A DNA stretch of 61,009 nucleotides, counting the filler, from Stramenopiles sp. TOSAG23-6 (lineage: Eukaryota): assembly GCA_900128565.1 (NCBI GenBank). It is 14 parts of 14 records of this genome, joined end to end, with 100 filler letters (N's around TTAATTAATTAA, not from the genome) between each part and the next. Parts side by side here need not be neighbours in the genome. Positions count along the whole stretch, not along the records: positions 17,528 to 21,804 come from LT637209.1; positions 21,905 to 26,179 come from LT637210.1; positions 26,280 to 30,550 come from LT637211.1; positions 30,651 to 34,908 come from LT637212.1; 10 more parts are not named here. One strand, written 5' to 3'. The notes under the pieces were generated by a model. It made no database searches. It saw only the letters and a program-made list of their open reading frames with translations, and had not been told where the DNA came from. How positions within the stretch are numbered: the stretch's first letter is position 1; the number at the start of each line of letters is the position of its first letter. The position numbers were made by a program, and so were the translations under genes. Shown here piece after piece: positions 19,611 to 32,088 of this stretch.

Positions 19611-21804
19611 TTATTTAACCTGGCGATCATTGGCGGGACATCCCTCTTCCATAATATGCCTTCTCCACCCGGCTTCACCACCAACCACATCAGTATGACA
19701 AAGAGGACAACGTTGAGCTCCTTTAATTGTTGGTTTACACGAAGCGCGCTCCATGTGAGAATCGAAATATTGTATGGCGATAGCTTCCCCGCATATAGTA
19801 CAACGCTGACAGTCACCAGCTTCTGAACATTCTCCTAATAAATGATCATTCAGGGAAGAAATTTCAACAACTTGTTGACATTTAGGACATGATATGAGCA
19901 TTGGACATTCTTGCCAATAATGCATATCAAGTTGTTTTTCTCCCCATGATTCATCATATCGCCCACAAAAGGCACATGTATTGGCAGGAACTTGGTCACT
20001 ATTTATGTTCCTTTCATCTGTATGGGAACTCGAACTTTGATTGTCTCCACCAAAATCACCACGCTTTTTACCACGATTCCTGCCACCTCCACGTCCACCT
20101 CTACTACTTCGACCCATTGAATCTGAGTCCCGTCTATTGTAGTCACTACCATGNNNNNNNNNNNNNNNNNNNNNNNNNNNNNNNNNNNTATTGGGCTCTA
20201 CACGTGCTAGAGCTGCATTAATAATTTGAAGTCTCTTTGGGTGATCATTCAGCACACGCATGTACGGGCGTACTACTGCATCTCCAGCATTTTTATAACA
20301 AACAAGGAGCACATCTAATGAAACATCACGTATTTCGCTTTGCTTGTGTTGCAGTGCTTCACAATCTACAAGAAATTGCATTACATCTTTTGCGCCAAAT
20401 CCTTGGGAAGGATCACATTGAAATACAGTACACAATTCACAAAGTAATGTAAGTCGGTACAATAAACCACGCCACAAACGACCTTTCTCACGTGTAGTTA
20501 AAGTTCGAAGTAAGGCTTTTGCTACAAATTGTGCATTTAATCTTTCGTCGCGAGCAAGATTTGTCAACACAGATTTACTCCTCTCCCGAAGTCGTACATT
20601 ATTATTGCCTAATNNNNNNNNNNNNNNNNNNNNNNNNNNNNNNNNNNNNNNNNNNNNNNNNNNNNNNNNNNNNNNNNNCTATCATGTGAGGTGCACTTAA
20701 CATTACTTCTACTAAATCTATTGTGCCCATGAATACTTGACCTATATGATCATTTGCAGTCATTGATATAGCTTCTACAAAAGCATTGTAAATATCAACA
20801 GCCTCATTAGTAGTGCTAGTAGAAACGACTTCACTTGCCACGCGATTCAATGCTGCTTCACGAAGTATCCATAGACGAGAGAGGAGACATCTGGTTACGT
20901 AATCTCCAAAGACATTTGTGAGTGTTTTACAACGATGTTGTCGCTGGATATCAGCATTATCAGTACCTAAGGACTCCGGTATAGGTAATTCCTCCCAACC
21001 CGGAACNNNNNNNNNNNTGAGGACCAACTCCTTCCCAAGGTTTACCTGATTCATTGCCTAAATTGTGAGTAGTTCTAGTTGGGTATTCTGTAGGCATACT
21101 TTCTGAAGCCCCTCTGCGAGCAACGTCAAGTGGTCTTTCGTCGCCATTTGATCTTTGCGTAGGTTCAAACGCATTACTGTTTAAATCCATTATCTGTCGT
21201 GCATTATTCGCCCCTCCAACATTTTGCAAACCCATTTGATTCAAAGGAAGATACTCTTTTTCTTTGTTAGTCTTGCCATATTTTATATTTACCTTTGTTG
21301 GTCTGGACTTTTGTTCATAATTAGTCTGTTCTATTTGACGTGTCGCAGAATTATTCATCACAGCTTCTTCACGAATGTGCTTTGACTCTTCAACAGTTGT
21401 ACTTCTACATGATGTCCGCAGCATGTCAATATTATTCTTGATTTCTCGAGCTAATCCGTAGTCTTCTGATTGTACGGCCTTGTACTTTTTCATCACTTTC
21501 TNNNNNNNNNGTCTCTGTTCTTCAAGTTTCAAACGTTTTGCTTCCTCATAATCTTCTGAAGCGACTGCTGATCGTTTTTCTTCACGCAGTTGTTTTAGTC
21601 TACTTGCTGTGATGGCGTCTAATTTCATATCTACTGCAAACTCTTCTTGACCCGACATTGGAGGAATTATTGAGTCGGATTGTTTGCTATCCGAGTATTG
21701 AGAAATACCTTCTGAGTAACGATTTGGGACATCACCAAGCACATTTAAAGCAACAACACCAACCTGATTAAAAAGATTAAACTTATTTACATAGCATTTG
21801 TGTA
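19611..21804 (-). CDS. CEP104: centrosomal/ciliary tip protein CEP104 (partial, gapped)
   Basis: NLFNQVGVVALNVLG, AVASEDYEEAKRLK, TOG-like region, C-terminal CAFCG..LDMHYWQECPML..RCPLCH zinc fingers. Confidence 0.85.
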
Positions 21805-21904
21805 NNNNNNNNNNNNNNNNNNNNNNNNNNNNNNNNNNNNNNNNNNNNTTAATTAATTAANNNNNNNNNNNNNNNNNNNNNNNNNNNNNNNNNNNNNNNN
21901 NNNN

Positions 21905-22793
21905 TAAGATGAAAAAAGTAAAGAGTGATGCGCAACAAAGTGTTCAAAATAATCAAATCAAAAGAAGAAATACAAAAAATATAAAAAATATAAAAAAATC
22001 AAAAAAAACGAAAAAAATAAAAAAATCAAAAAAAAGAAAAAATAGTAGGATAGTAAAAAGTAAAAATTCTTATAAAAAACATTTGGTACCAATGCTAATG
22101 CAGGGAGATTCTATATCACGTAAAAAATTTGATGAAATGAGAGAATATTATCCTGAGATTAAATCATTAGCTGAAGAGAAAGAAACATCATTTACTGAAC
22201 AATTAAGGAGTTCGACTGATGATGAAGACACTCCAACGAGAAGTAGTAGTAGCGACAGTCTCAACCCTAACCCTAACCTAAAGTTGGAAGTTGACAAACT
22301 CGCAAACTCTGGTAGAAGTTTGTTTAGTGAAAGTTGTCAACATCAGGAATTAGGTAATTCTGAATTATCCGGAACATCAATTAGTTCGGATGTAAAGGAC
22401 CTTCAGACAGATAATGATTATATTTATATGGGTGATAGTGATGACAGTGATGATAGTAATGATAGAAAACAGAAAAGTGAACCGGGAGCACCTTGTGTTG
22501 AAAGTGGCTGTGAGGGATTTATACCAAATACATTTTTACCTAAAAGATGCCAAATATGTGCATATAAATTTTCCTCTCATCGGTATCCCACGGAGAGGAT
22601 CAACGATGTACAAGATAATAGGGATGATAGGGATGATAGTGATAATGAGAAAAAATCTCACAAAAATAATAATATTGTTGCTCACGAGACAACTCCATTA
22701 GTAAAGCTTGATGCTCCCGACGAAACAAAAAAAAAATCGCAAGAAGAATTAATGCGAGCTAAGCTTGACAAAATATTCGCAAGACCATTTTGA
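21905..22793 (+). CDS. low-complexity hypothetical protein, 5' partial
   Basis: open frame, Lys/Asp-rich, small CxxxxC..CxxC..H motif. Confidence 0.5.
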
Positions 22794-22815
22794 TAACTTA
22801 ATAATAAATGTAGTT

Positions 22816-23409
22816 TTAATGATCTAAAACATTACTAGCAGTTAAAAAGTTGATATGAAATTGAACTGCAGGTAAATTTGAATGACTATGAGTGACAGTA
22901 CACCTTTCGCTTAGTTGTGCAAAAGCGCCTCTAATAATACCACAAGTAAATGTCAAATAATTCTGCAACTCGTGAGACAAATCTGTACCTTCACATGGCC
23001 ATAAATGCTGCAATAATTTAAAATTGAAATCATGTAGGACATACACGCCTCTGTGATTCGTTTGTAACTTATCGATTGACTTCTTAAATAATACAGTCCA
23101 AAAGTCTTTGCACACCAATTTGACTGTACTAAGAGTATCTGTTTTTCGCTCCCGTTGCCTCGTACACTTTGCCATAATACGATTTCCGACACTAAACCCC
23201 ATACAATCTACTTTGCGATATCTATACTCGCCAGATAGTTTCGAATATTCGTCTATTTTCAAGTTAGAATCTTTTGTCTCATCAGCTGAAGTTGAAATAG
23301 AACGACTAGCCTCAAGCTGTTCAGGATTACGTAAAAAATGCTGCACCAGTTCATTATGTAGCATCTGAAAAGCACTTAATGAAACCTCTCGATTTTGTTT
23401 TGCTGCCAT
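22816..23409 (-). CDS. TRAPPC6: TRAPP complex subunit Trs33/TRAPPC6
   Basis: MGFSVGNR, KLVCKDFWTVLFKKSIDKLQTNHRGVYVLHD, FTCGIIRGA. Confidence 0.9.
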   Translation of the reverse strand: MAAKQNREVSLSAFQMLHNELVQHFLRNPEQLEASRSISTSADETKDSNLKIDEYSKLSGEYRYRKVDCMGFSVGNRIMAKCTRQRERKTDTLSTVKLVCKDFWTVLFKKSIDKLQTNHRGVYVLHDFNFKLLQHLWPCEGTDLSHELQNYLTFTCGIIRGAFAQLSERCTVTHSHSNLPAVQFHINFLTASNVLDH

Positions 23410-23645
23410 CTTATTGTGCTGGTATTCTATTAATAATACGGAGTGATAATTGTGATAATAGATTTTTGTTATCACGACGGCCATGCATATACAAATTACA
23501 AGACGGATGACTTGCTGATGACACGTGGCATTTTTGATCGGAGTTTTTCAAAATGCCGAACAGGAAGGAAATTTTGCGCTTTCTTCTTTCGTCATTCAAA
23601 AATTTTTGAATAATTCTTCTCAACTCTTCCCCTACTAATTAGAAA

Positions 23646-26178
23646 ATGCAACATACCATGAACTTATCAAGAGTGGACATGTGTTTATCTAAAAACTACT
23701 ATATACATGGTATCTTCTTGTTAGCAATTCTCACAAGCTCTCAATGCACAAAAACAAACGATTGCTCAAAAATTTTAAACTGTAGTGAGTGCGTCAGTGA
23801 GACCTCGTGTGGTTGGAGTGCACAGACTTCCACTTGTTTACAAGGAAATATCAACGGGCCAAATTCCGGAGAACACGATAGTAATTGGAACTATTCATTC
23901 TGCCCCGGTCAAAGTTGCGATAGCTACGATAATTGTCAAAGATGTGTTTCTGATCCACTATGTGCGTGGTGTGGACCAACGACAACGAGTGGTTCATCTT
24001 CTGATAAAGGAAAGTGCATTCCTAGTGGCACGGACGAAGTTAATGATCTGTGCGATAAAAATAGTAAAGTTGTTAGATTAGAATTAAAAAAAATGTCTCT
24101 TTTATATGCGCAACAAATTGCCTTAGAGAAGTCTAATGAAATGAGCGTTAGCTGCAGCTATTTTGACAATACTAATCAAACAGATTTCAAAAAGGAAATG
24201 AAAAATGTAAGATTTATCAATATTGTGGGAAATCCCCCAAAAGATCCACAACAAGTAGCACAGCCACCAAAGTTGTACACTATCAAACCAGAAGTTGGAC
24301 CACCGTGGGGAGGAAATATTATTGAAGTGACAGGTGAAAACTTTACAACTAAAGCCTCCATTAAAGTCAGTGGTGTATCATGGCCCACTACATTTATCAC
24401 AGATAAAAAACTGAAAGCCACGGTGGCACCTGGTAAAGGAAGTGATCTATTAGTTACTGTATTTCAAGGAAACACCGATTCTTCAGAGAATGGAATGTAC
24501 CCCGGATTGAATCTAGGCAAATATGGAAATAGGGAATGGTCGTACTCTGAATTTAAAATTACAGATGTAACTCCTAAAATTATTAATACAACGGGTAAAC
24601 AGTCTATTATTATTAAAGGAGTTGGGTTTAGTCAAGATAAAGGTATAAAAAAAACAATCACTATAGGTGGTAAACCTTGTGAACCTATGACACATATAAA
24701 CATAAATATACTAAGATGTCAAACGAAGCCTGGTTATGGAACGAAACATAAAGTCAATGTAATTTTTGATAATGTGAAAGCAGACGGTATTTTTTTTCTA
24801 GATTATGCCCTTCCTGAAGTGCTCGGCGTCGAGCCAAAGTTAGGAATCACTAAAGGGGGTGAAATCATTACTGTTACTGGGAAGAATTTTGGGCCTATTG
24901 AAGCACACGCAATCGTTTTTATAGATAAAGTCGTCTGCAAAACGGTATATATTTCGCATACAAAATTAAAATGCATTACACCAAGTGGTACTGGAATTAA
25001 TCATATTATATCTGTGTTTATTCCGAAACAGAAAATAGCAAATGAAAATGAAACCCCCAGTAATGACTCTCTCAAAAACAATCAAACTGCTGACCAAAAA
25101 TCGATTGCTACAAATGTAATATTTGATTATGCCTCTCCAAAAATTCATGAAATATCACCAACGCACGTTCCAGCACATGGTTTTGTTGCGATACTTATTC
25201 GAGGAGAAAATTTTGCAAGCAATCCTAATCCTACAATGCAGCCAACTTCAATACCAAGTGGTGGTTCAGCATCTAGTGTTAGTTCAGGGTCTAGTGGTCC
25301 AACAACACCAGATCCGAGTATGAATTCTTTTCTAGAGCAAAAGGCATTGAAAAGACTTAATGGTACAGGGAGAAGAATACTAACTTTGCGAGGGTTAAAG
25401 TCTTCGCAACAGGCCATGGTTCAGTCTTCGGGATTTACCAACTTACAATTTAATCCAATGAATGATATGATGGCTAATATGGCTAATATTCCAATCCCAG
25501 GTAATGACAATAGTTATATTACCTCACATCCAGAAATAGAAAGGTTTAAACGTATACGTGATGACAATATGGAGATTCAGAAACCACAAGGTCTAAAGCA
25601 ATACGATTATACGGAAGAAAATAAGATGGAGGATGGCAATTTTTGGGCTTGTGAACACCCTGCTTTCCCCGGATATCAACCATATCAATCGAAGGGGTTC
25701 AATTTAATAAAGATGCAGAATCCAACAATTCTTGGTCCGACTAAATCCGGTTGTTGTCCATCTTATGCGCCAACAAAGGAATCAGTTCGAAGTTGGGATT
25801 TATGTAAACCTTACAAAGTTGGTAAATACTGCACTATAAATGGTCGTGATCACTGTATGTCGCCTATTAGGATCGAGAAGAACCCAAATCTTTATGGTGA
25901 TCTTTCTAAAGACTGTGCAACTATGAAACGTAGTGAGGAGATGTGCAGTAAAATAACAGGACTTCAATATTCAATGAGATCGTGTGAAAAATTAAGCAAC
26001 GCCATTTCGTGTTATAAAAAGATTAGTGTCGATTCTTGTATTATGGTGAAAACCCAAGTGATGTTGCAGATTCAAATAATCTGTGAGTTAGTGGCTTTAA
26101 AAAAATGTCCGGAATCTGGAGGTATTGAGAATATCTGTGAAAGCGTCGATCCTAAAAGGAAACTGTTGAAAAATTTGA
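23646..26178 (+). CDS. secreted/surface protein with PSI and IPT/TIG repeats (3' partial)
   Basis: CSECVSETSCGWS, CQRCVSDPLCAWC; GPPWGGNIIEVTGENF, GGEIITVTGKNFG. Confidence 0.85.
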
Positions 26179-26279
26179 ANNNNNNNNNNNNNNNNNNNNN
26201 NNNNNNNNNNNNNNNNNNNNNNNTTAATTAATTAANNNNNNNNNNNNNNNNNNNNNNNNNNNNNNNNNNNNNNNNNNNN

Positions 26280-26461
26280 GTTTTCATTATGAATTTCAAA
26301 TTTATTTTTTTTTCATACGAAATTTTGTACCTAAACAAAAAAGATTTTTTTTTAGTTTTTATTCAATACGTTTTCATCATGAATTTCAAGTTTACTTTTT
26401 TTTTTTTTATAAAAATTTTGTACCTAAACAATTTTTCTTGAAATATTTTTCTGTAGCACAG
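26280..26461 (+). mobile_element. family intron with internal duplication, ends in canonical CAG
   Basis: two TTTTGTACCTAAAC units; GAAATA+16 nt = TTTTTCTGTAGCACAG. Confidence 0.65.
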
Positions 26462-27289
26462 AATATTTGCAAAGCTTTCATCATGGGTAACGCCACTGAA
26501 AATATTCTTGATGATGCTGTCCGCCACTGCCAGTATGCGGTGAATGTAATTGTCCCTGTCAGTGAACGCCTATGTTGTGCTGGTGATAGTGATAGTGCGT
26601 TTCCATAATGAATTGTTTACCTACATCTTTTTTTCGTATGAAACTTTGTATCTAAGGATTTAAAAAAATATATATTTTTCACAATGTATGTGATGGTGAA
26701 AATATTAATTTAGAAAATTCTAATTGTGATAAAATTGTTCATAGTTCTAGGCAAAATATTGTTGATAAAAGTATATCTAACCAAAATCATCAAGAAAGAC
26801 ATTTACATATGAGAAAGACCTTGTGTGATCTATACCAAACATCAAATAGTCATCATGTTTGTTTTTTTTTTTTTTTCAAATTCGATTTTTTTTTTTATAA
26901 AAATTTTGTACCTAACAAATTCTAGTTTTTTTTTTTGAAATATTTTTCCAAAATACATGATCCATCACTTCATCATTTACTTTCAGCTCTACTAGAAGTA
27001 AATCCAAGGAAAAGATTAACACTTAAAGAAGCTCGAAGTCATCCATGGGTCACACTTGATGGGACTCATCCCATGCGCGATGAAAATTACGAAACAGAGT
27101 TAGTCACAAAAGAAGATATGAGTATGGCATTTTCAGTGGCTAAAATCGTAAATGATAAGGCAAAATCATGGCTGAATCGAGCTCGTAATACTATTTTTCG
27201 TTCTAAAGCACTTGAAAGAGAAAAGGAAAAAGAAAAGGAGGAAATGTTGAAGAATGAACGCGTCACTGCCTTGGTCATGACAGCTGCTT
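26462..27289 (+). CDS. Ser/Thr kinase (CaMKK-like) C-terminal exons 26462-26594, 26690-26856, 26959-27289 (further exon likely)
   Basis: LHHLLSALLEVNPRKRLTLKEARSHPWVTLDG = kinase subdomain XI; exons join in frame with GT..YAT introns. Confidence 0.7.
26595..26689 (+). mobile_element. diverged family intron GT...TAT (95 nt)
   Basis: gat a|GTGCGT...TTCGTATGAAACTTTGTATCTAAG...CACAATGTAT|gt gat, in frame. Confidence 0.65.
26857..26958 (+). mobile_element. family intron GT...CAT (102 nt)
   Basis: cat cat|GTTTG...AAAATACAT|gat cca, phase 0. Confidence 0.8.
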
Positions 27290-27380
27290 GTACATTGTCT
27301 ATTTAAATTTCGTTTTCTTTTTGTACCAAAGTATATATACCTAACGAATTTGTAATGTGATATATTTTCCCACACTATTT
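27290..27380 (+). mobile_element. diverged family intron (ends TAT at 27378 or TT at 27380)
   Basis: GTACAT...ATACCTAACG...GATATATTTTCCCACACTATTT. Confidence 0.5.
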
Positions 27381-27690
27381 GGAATTTCAAAAAACCAATC
27401 ACTTCCCCAAAATTCAGAATGAAGCAAAACATTGCAAACAATTTTATTAAGAGCCATGGACGATCCAAAAAAATGAAAATTAGTAATCTAGCATAGTACT
27501 GAATTTTGAAAATTTTCCATTTTATTCTTTCTACAGTTTTTCAAATATTATAAATGAAGATACATTTGAAATTGCTATAGCAGGTTCTATGAAATCTACT
27601 ACAATTAGTTCTATTATTATGCACCCACTAAACATTTTACGAATTAAATCTACTACAATTAGTTCTATTATTATGCATCCACTAAATATT

Positions 27691-28335
27691 TTACGAATTC
27701 TTCTTTAAATGTGGATACCATTTAAGAACATTTTCGACCACCTTTTCAAAAGCGACGTTGAGTTCGTCGTTTACAATTACTGCATCAAAATTACCTATTT
27801 GCCTTCCATATTTCATTTCTTTTTCAGCTACAGCTAAGCGAATAGCCAGAGTCTCATTTGTCTCTGAATTACGACCACGCAGACGATTCTTAAGAGTTTT
27901 TATTGAAGGTGGAAGAACAAATATTCCACGCGTGTTTAGACCTACTTTTTTGAGTTGTTTACAACCTTCTATGTCTATATCTAAGAGGCAGATGCGCCCA
28001 AGTTCACCCTCAGATACTGTTCTGATCGCGTCGATGCTTGTACCATAAAGATTAGTATGTACTTCAGCATTCTCTATGAATTTCCCCGCTAATATAGCAC
28101 GGTTCATCTCTTTACGATCGACAAAGTGATAGTGCTCCCCGTCGATTTCACCAACACGAGGTTCGCGAGTTGTGTGTGATACACTTAAACCAAACTGTTC
28201 AGGAAAGCGTTTGAAGAGTAACTTAGATAAAGTTCCTTTGCCAACACCAGAAGGCCCCGCGAAAACAAGTGGCATAAACCGCATAGGAATATTAGATGTT
28301 CTATGATTTGTGTGTTCTTCAAAATTATATACCAT
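27691..28335 (-). CDS. GUK1: guanylate kinase
   Basis: GPSGVGKGT, SVSHTTREPRVGEIDGEHYHFV, NLYGTS, LDIDIEG. Confidence 0.95.
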   Translation of the reverse strand: MVYNFEEHTNHRTSNIPMRFMPLVFAGPSGVGKGTLSKLLFKRFPEQFGLSVSHTTREPRVGEIDGEHYHFVDRKEMNRAILAGKFIENAEVHTNLYGTSIDAIRTVSEGELGRICLLDIDIEGCKQLKKVGLNTRGIFVLPPSIKTLKNRLRGRNSETNETLAIRLAVAEKEMKYGRQIGNFDAVIVNDELNVAFEKVVENVLKWYPHLKKNS

Positions 28336-28662
28336 TCACTTGGAAGCTTTAATTTTTTATGTTTACGTCGTTCGTCGTCTCCGAAAAGTGAAATCGAAAT
28401 TTATCTTTCGTTTGACTCGTTTTTGACTGACTTCTTCATGATTTCAAAAGTTCAATCACCTGAATTTATTCAATTTACGGCATAGCCGATAAATAGATAT
28501 TTTATAGGGTTAGGGTTTCGATTTTTTCAAAATTGCTTTTTCAATTTTGTGTATTTTTTTGGCTCTCTCGATATTTGAGATAGAATTTCATACTTTTTGA
28601 TAAAGAAAGGTCGCGATCAGGGTGCTCTATCCAGCTGTTGACGAGAAAGTTGCTCAAGCAAT

Positions 28663-30459
28663 ATGGAAAATTGCAGACCTGTAGATAAGAGGATATCTTG
28701 TTGCAGTAATGAAGTAAAACCAAAAATTGGTAATCGGAGACGGAAGCTTCAGCAAGTTGATGGTGTTGGTCCCGAGCCAAATTCAAAAAGACCGAGGTAT
28801 CTAGAAAAGAATAATTCAAATTTAGCCACAAAAAATGCCCCATTGAGTACATTTCCTAATGGAATGATACCAGGTAAGATCAAATTACAACATGCAAGTG
28901 ATGTAGTTTCATTAGAAAAACCTTTTGCCCCGTTACGAGTTATTGATAGCAAAGACGATGTCACTTGTACGTCTGATACTTTGAACCCTCTACAGCATTG
29001 TTCCGAGTTTTCAAATAAGATAGCTATAGAAGTAACAGAGAAAGCAGTAGGATTAAAAAATGAAAAAACTTTATTGTGTAAGAAAAATCAATTGGATTCG
29101 AGTGAGGAAACTGGGTCGGAAGAAGAATTACGCGAACTCAGTTCAAACTTGATTTATTCGATAAATGGTGATACAAAAACAAGCAATACAACTTCAAGTG
29201 CTGTAGCGCCTAGAGATTTTGAATTCCGGCCGATAATAACAAATATCACTATTCCAACAAACGCCAAGACATTGAACAATGAAGTTGATGATTCAGAACA
29301 ACAAAATATTGTTGGGGTTCATAAGTTCAAACACGATGATCTAGATGAAATTTTACCTGGTTACGCTAAGGTATCCAAGTCGAAGGAAATATTCTACCAA
29401 CCTGATTTTAATTACATGCACAGGCATCCTGAATTAGAGGTTGTTATGCGCGCCATACTTATTGATTGGATGATGTAGGTTTTCAAAATTGAATTTCAAA
29501 TTTATTTATTTTTTAGTATGAAATTCCATACCTAACAATTTTTTCTACAATGTTTTTTTTTCACGATACATGGAGGTTTGTCATGAATACGGTTTAAAAA
29601 GAGTCACTCTCCAAAGAGCAATTAATTATACTGATCGCTATCTTTCAATATGCGAAGGTTTAGAAAAAGTACAGTTACAATTGCTCGGTGTTACATCGTT
29701 GTTCATAGCTTCTAAATTTGATGAAATTTACCCTCCAAGTGTACAAGATTTTGCAGTAACTACCGATGGTGCTTGTTCTAGAGATACTATTAGAGCTTTC
29801 GAAGGCAGGATCATTTCAGTTCTGAAGTGGCGATTAGTTCCTGTGACGTGTAATTGTTGGATCTCATATTATGTGCAGCGTCTTGCACATCTTCAAATTG
29901 CGTATAGAGCACAAAAAAAATCTAGCGCTAGTGTTTTGGTAACAAGGGAGTGGGATATCGACCGAGAAACGCCTCCACCATTGTATGGCTCTATTGATGG
30001 TGCTGGTGCCCCAGATTGTACACCTGCAGATGATGGACAAAAACGTGCAAAGCGTCGCTCATTTTCTGGTGTTTCTTCAGAAATGAATGATAAGAATCCC
30101 TCAAATAGTAAAGATATAAAAAATGTAGCCCAAATGCCACGTTTATTTGATCATAATGATGATAAAAATATATGCTCAGAAGCAACTGTGAAGAGCAACT
30201 TTAACGAAAAAAATGAAAATGATGTCAACAAAAAAAGATGTAACAATTTGCCAATTTCGAAACGTTCATCTCATTTCATGCATCGTATCAAAGACATTGA
30301 TACTGAAAATGAAACGGATAAGGTGCACATTGGAAATGCATGCTCTGCTTGCTTTCCACAAGATGCTGTCTTTCCCGAGGCTTTGTTTGAGAGAGCAACA
30401 GATTTAGTCGATCTTTGCGTCTTAGATTCTGTCGGTTTGACACATAGGAGAAGTCACAT
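28663..30459 (+). CDS. cyclin (E/A-like box); exons 28663-29474 and 29572-30459, 3' partial
   Basis: spliced MRAILIDWMMEVCHEYGL..AINYTDRYLS..LQLLGVTSLFIASKFDEIYPP. Confidence 0.92.
29475..29571 (+). mobile_element. family intron GT...CAT (97 nt)
   Basis: atg at|GTAGGT...ATACCTAAC...CACGATACAT|g gag restores the cyclin box. Confidence 0.85.
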
Positions 30460-30550
30460 GTATGTTTTATTTTTGTTTGAATTTCGAATTTTATTTTTCG
30501 TACGAAATTTTGTACCTAACGATTTTTTTTTGAAATATTTTTCCAAAATA
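30460..30550 (+). mobile_element. family intron, truncated at contig end
   Basis: cac at|GTATGTTTTAT...GAAATATTTTTCCAAAATA. Confidence 0.85.
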
Positions 30551-30650
30551 NNNNNNNNNNNNNNNNNNNNNNNNNNNNNNNNNNNNNNNNNNNNTTAATT
30601 AATTAANNNNNNNNNNNNNNNNNNNNNNNNNNNNNNNNNNNNNNNNNNNN

Positions 30651-30751
30651 ATTATGAAAAAATATTTCAAAAAAAAAAAACTAAAATTTGTTAGGTACAA
30701 AATTTTTTTACCAAAAAAAAAATAAATTCAAATTTTGAAATGAAAACGTAC
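30651..30751 (-). mobile_element. family intron, truncated at contig end
   Basis: gct cat|GTACGTTTTCATTTC...TTTGTACCTAAC...GAAATATTTTTTCATAAT. Confidence 0.8.
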
Positions 30752-31720
30752 ATGAGCACGCACTAGTTGATGTGCACAATAAAACAATTCACTTTTAAGA
30801 CCCAGATCCACCATTGTTGATATTGTAACAGGGAGATTACGGTATAAAAATGGATCGCGTTTGCGAACTTCAATAGTAAGAGCGTGAGCTTTGGTTGTAT
30901 CATGTCGATAATATAGTTGTTCAGCTTCAGCAGATAAAATATCAGCATTATCCGCTAAACCCCACTCCGAACGCAGTTTTTGGAAATGGACTTCCACATC
31001 ATCAGTAGGATTGTATTTAAGGATTCTACTGCGATAGATTAGTTTTGTTAACTTGGCTACTGGTGCTAATTCTTCACTATTTGTTTCTGTACCGAATGGT
31101 AAAGAAGTTAATAATTCGTGTTCTTTACTCTCTTTCAGCATTTGTTTATCCACAAGTTGTTCAAAAGCATCATAACAATGCGCATCACAACGCATAGCGT
31201 GTACAAACCAAGCTGCAGCTCGACTACGATTTTCTGCTGCCTCCAGAGCTTTAGCCTTTAGAGTGCATAGTTGTGCAATTACATTAATTTCTTCACCCAC
31301 TACTGCAGGATGTGTTCGAACGAGTGATTGCAACGCAGATCCAGGTCCTGAACCTTCAGGTGTGTCTGGTATGATACGATCTAGTAACGATAATGCTTCT
31401 TCATTCATACCCTGTGCGAGCATACACTGCGTAGCTAACCGGCAAAAGTGTGGATATCCAGGCTGGAGGAGATATTCATATTTACCTAACAAATATAAGG
31501 CTTGTTCATACTTGTTACTCCGGAAATAGGCATCTGCAAGTAAAAATACATCTGACGGCTCACCAGAAGACATTGTGACGACTTTATCTGCATAGAAAAT
31601 TGCACCAGCGAGCGAATGTTGTGACAAGCAACTTTTCGCAAGAGCACGATATTTGACACAAGCACTTACAATATTAGGAGCCACTTTGGGGTTTGACCAT
31701 TGAGACGTACTCTCGGACAT
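30752..31720 (-). CDS. CDC16: anaphase-promoting complex subunit 6 / Cdc16, exon 1
   Basis: AIFYADKV, ENRSRA..CYDAFEQLVDKQML, ELFYCAHQLV. Confidence 0.9.
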
Positions 31721-32088
31721 ATCACTTTAAATTTTCAAAAAAAAGAATAAAGCTGCACTACTTACCTAATGATGACTGAAAGGAAATTCACGTTAAATCC
31801 AATGACAAATATAAACCGACAATTGAACTGTACAAAGAAAATTGCTGCTCTTTCTCTCTCCACAGAAAAAATGACGGAGCACTCCACACTGGCAGGCTCG
31901 TGCAATTTCAGGCTCAAAGACGAGGAGCATTGATTGATGTCGGATGTCATATTTTGACTGCTGTACCTACAAATTCGAAATTCACATGAATCATGTCCTA
32001 CATTTCAATAAATGTTTAAAATTTATTTATCAAGAATGTACTTTTTTTATTTTAAAATGGCGCCAGTACTTTAATGTATTCTTTCATG

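Noticed and set aside
29476-29478. Stop-codon reassignment or frameshifting to explain broken ORFs
   Set aside because: Breaks coincide with the element; intact genes end normally in TAA, TAG or TGA.
29473-29569. U12-type AT-AC minor introns
   Set aside because: The register is formally possible, but there is no RTATCCTT donor or TCCTTAAC branch, and several copies exclude the AT-AC register.
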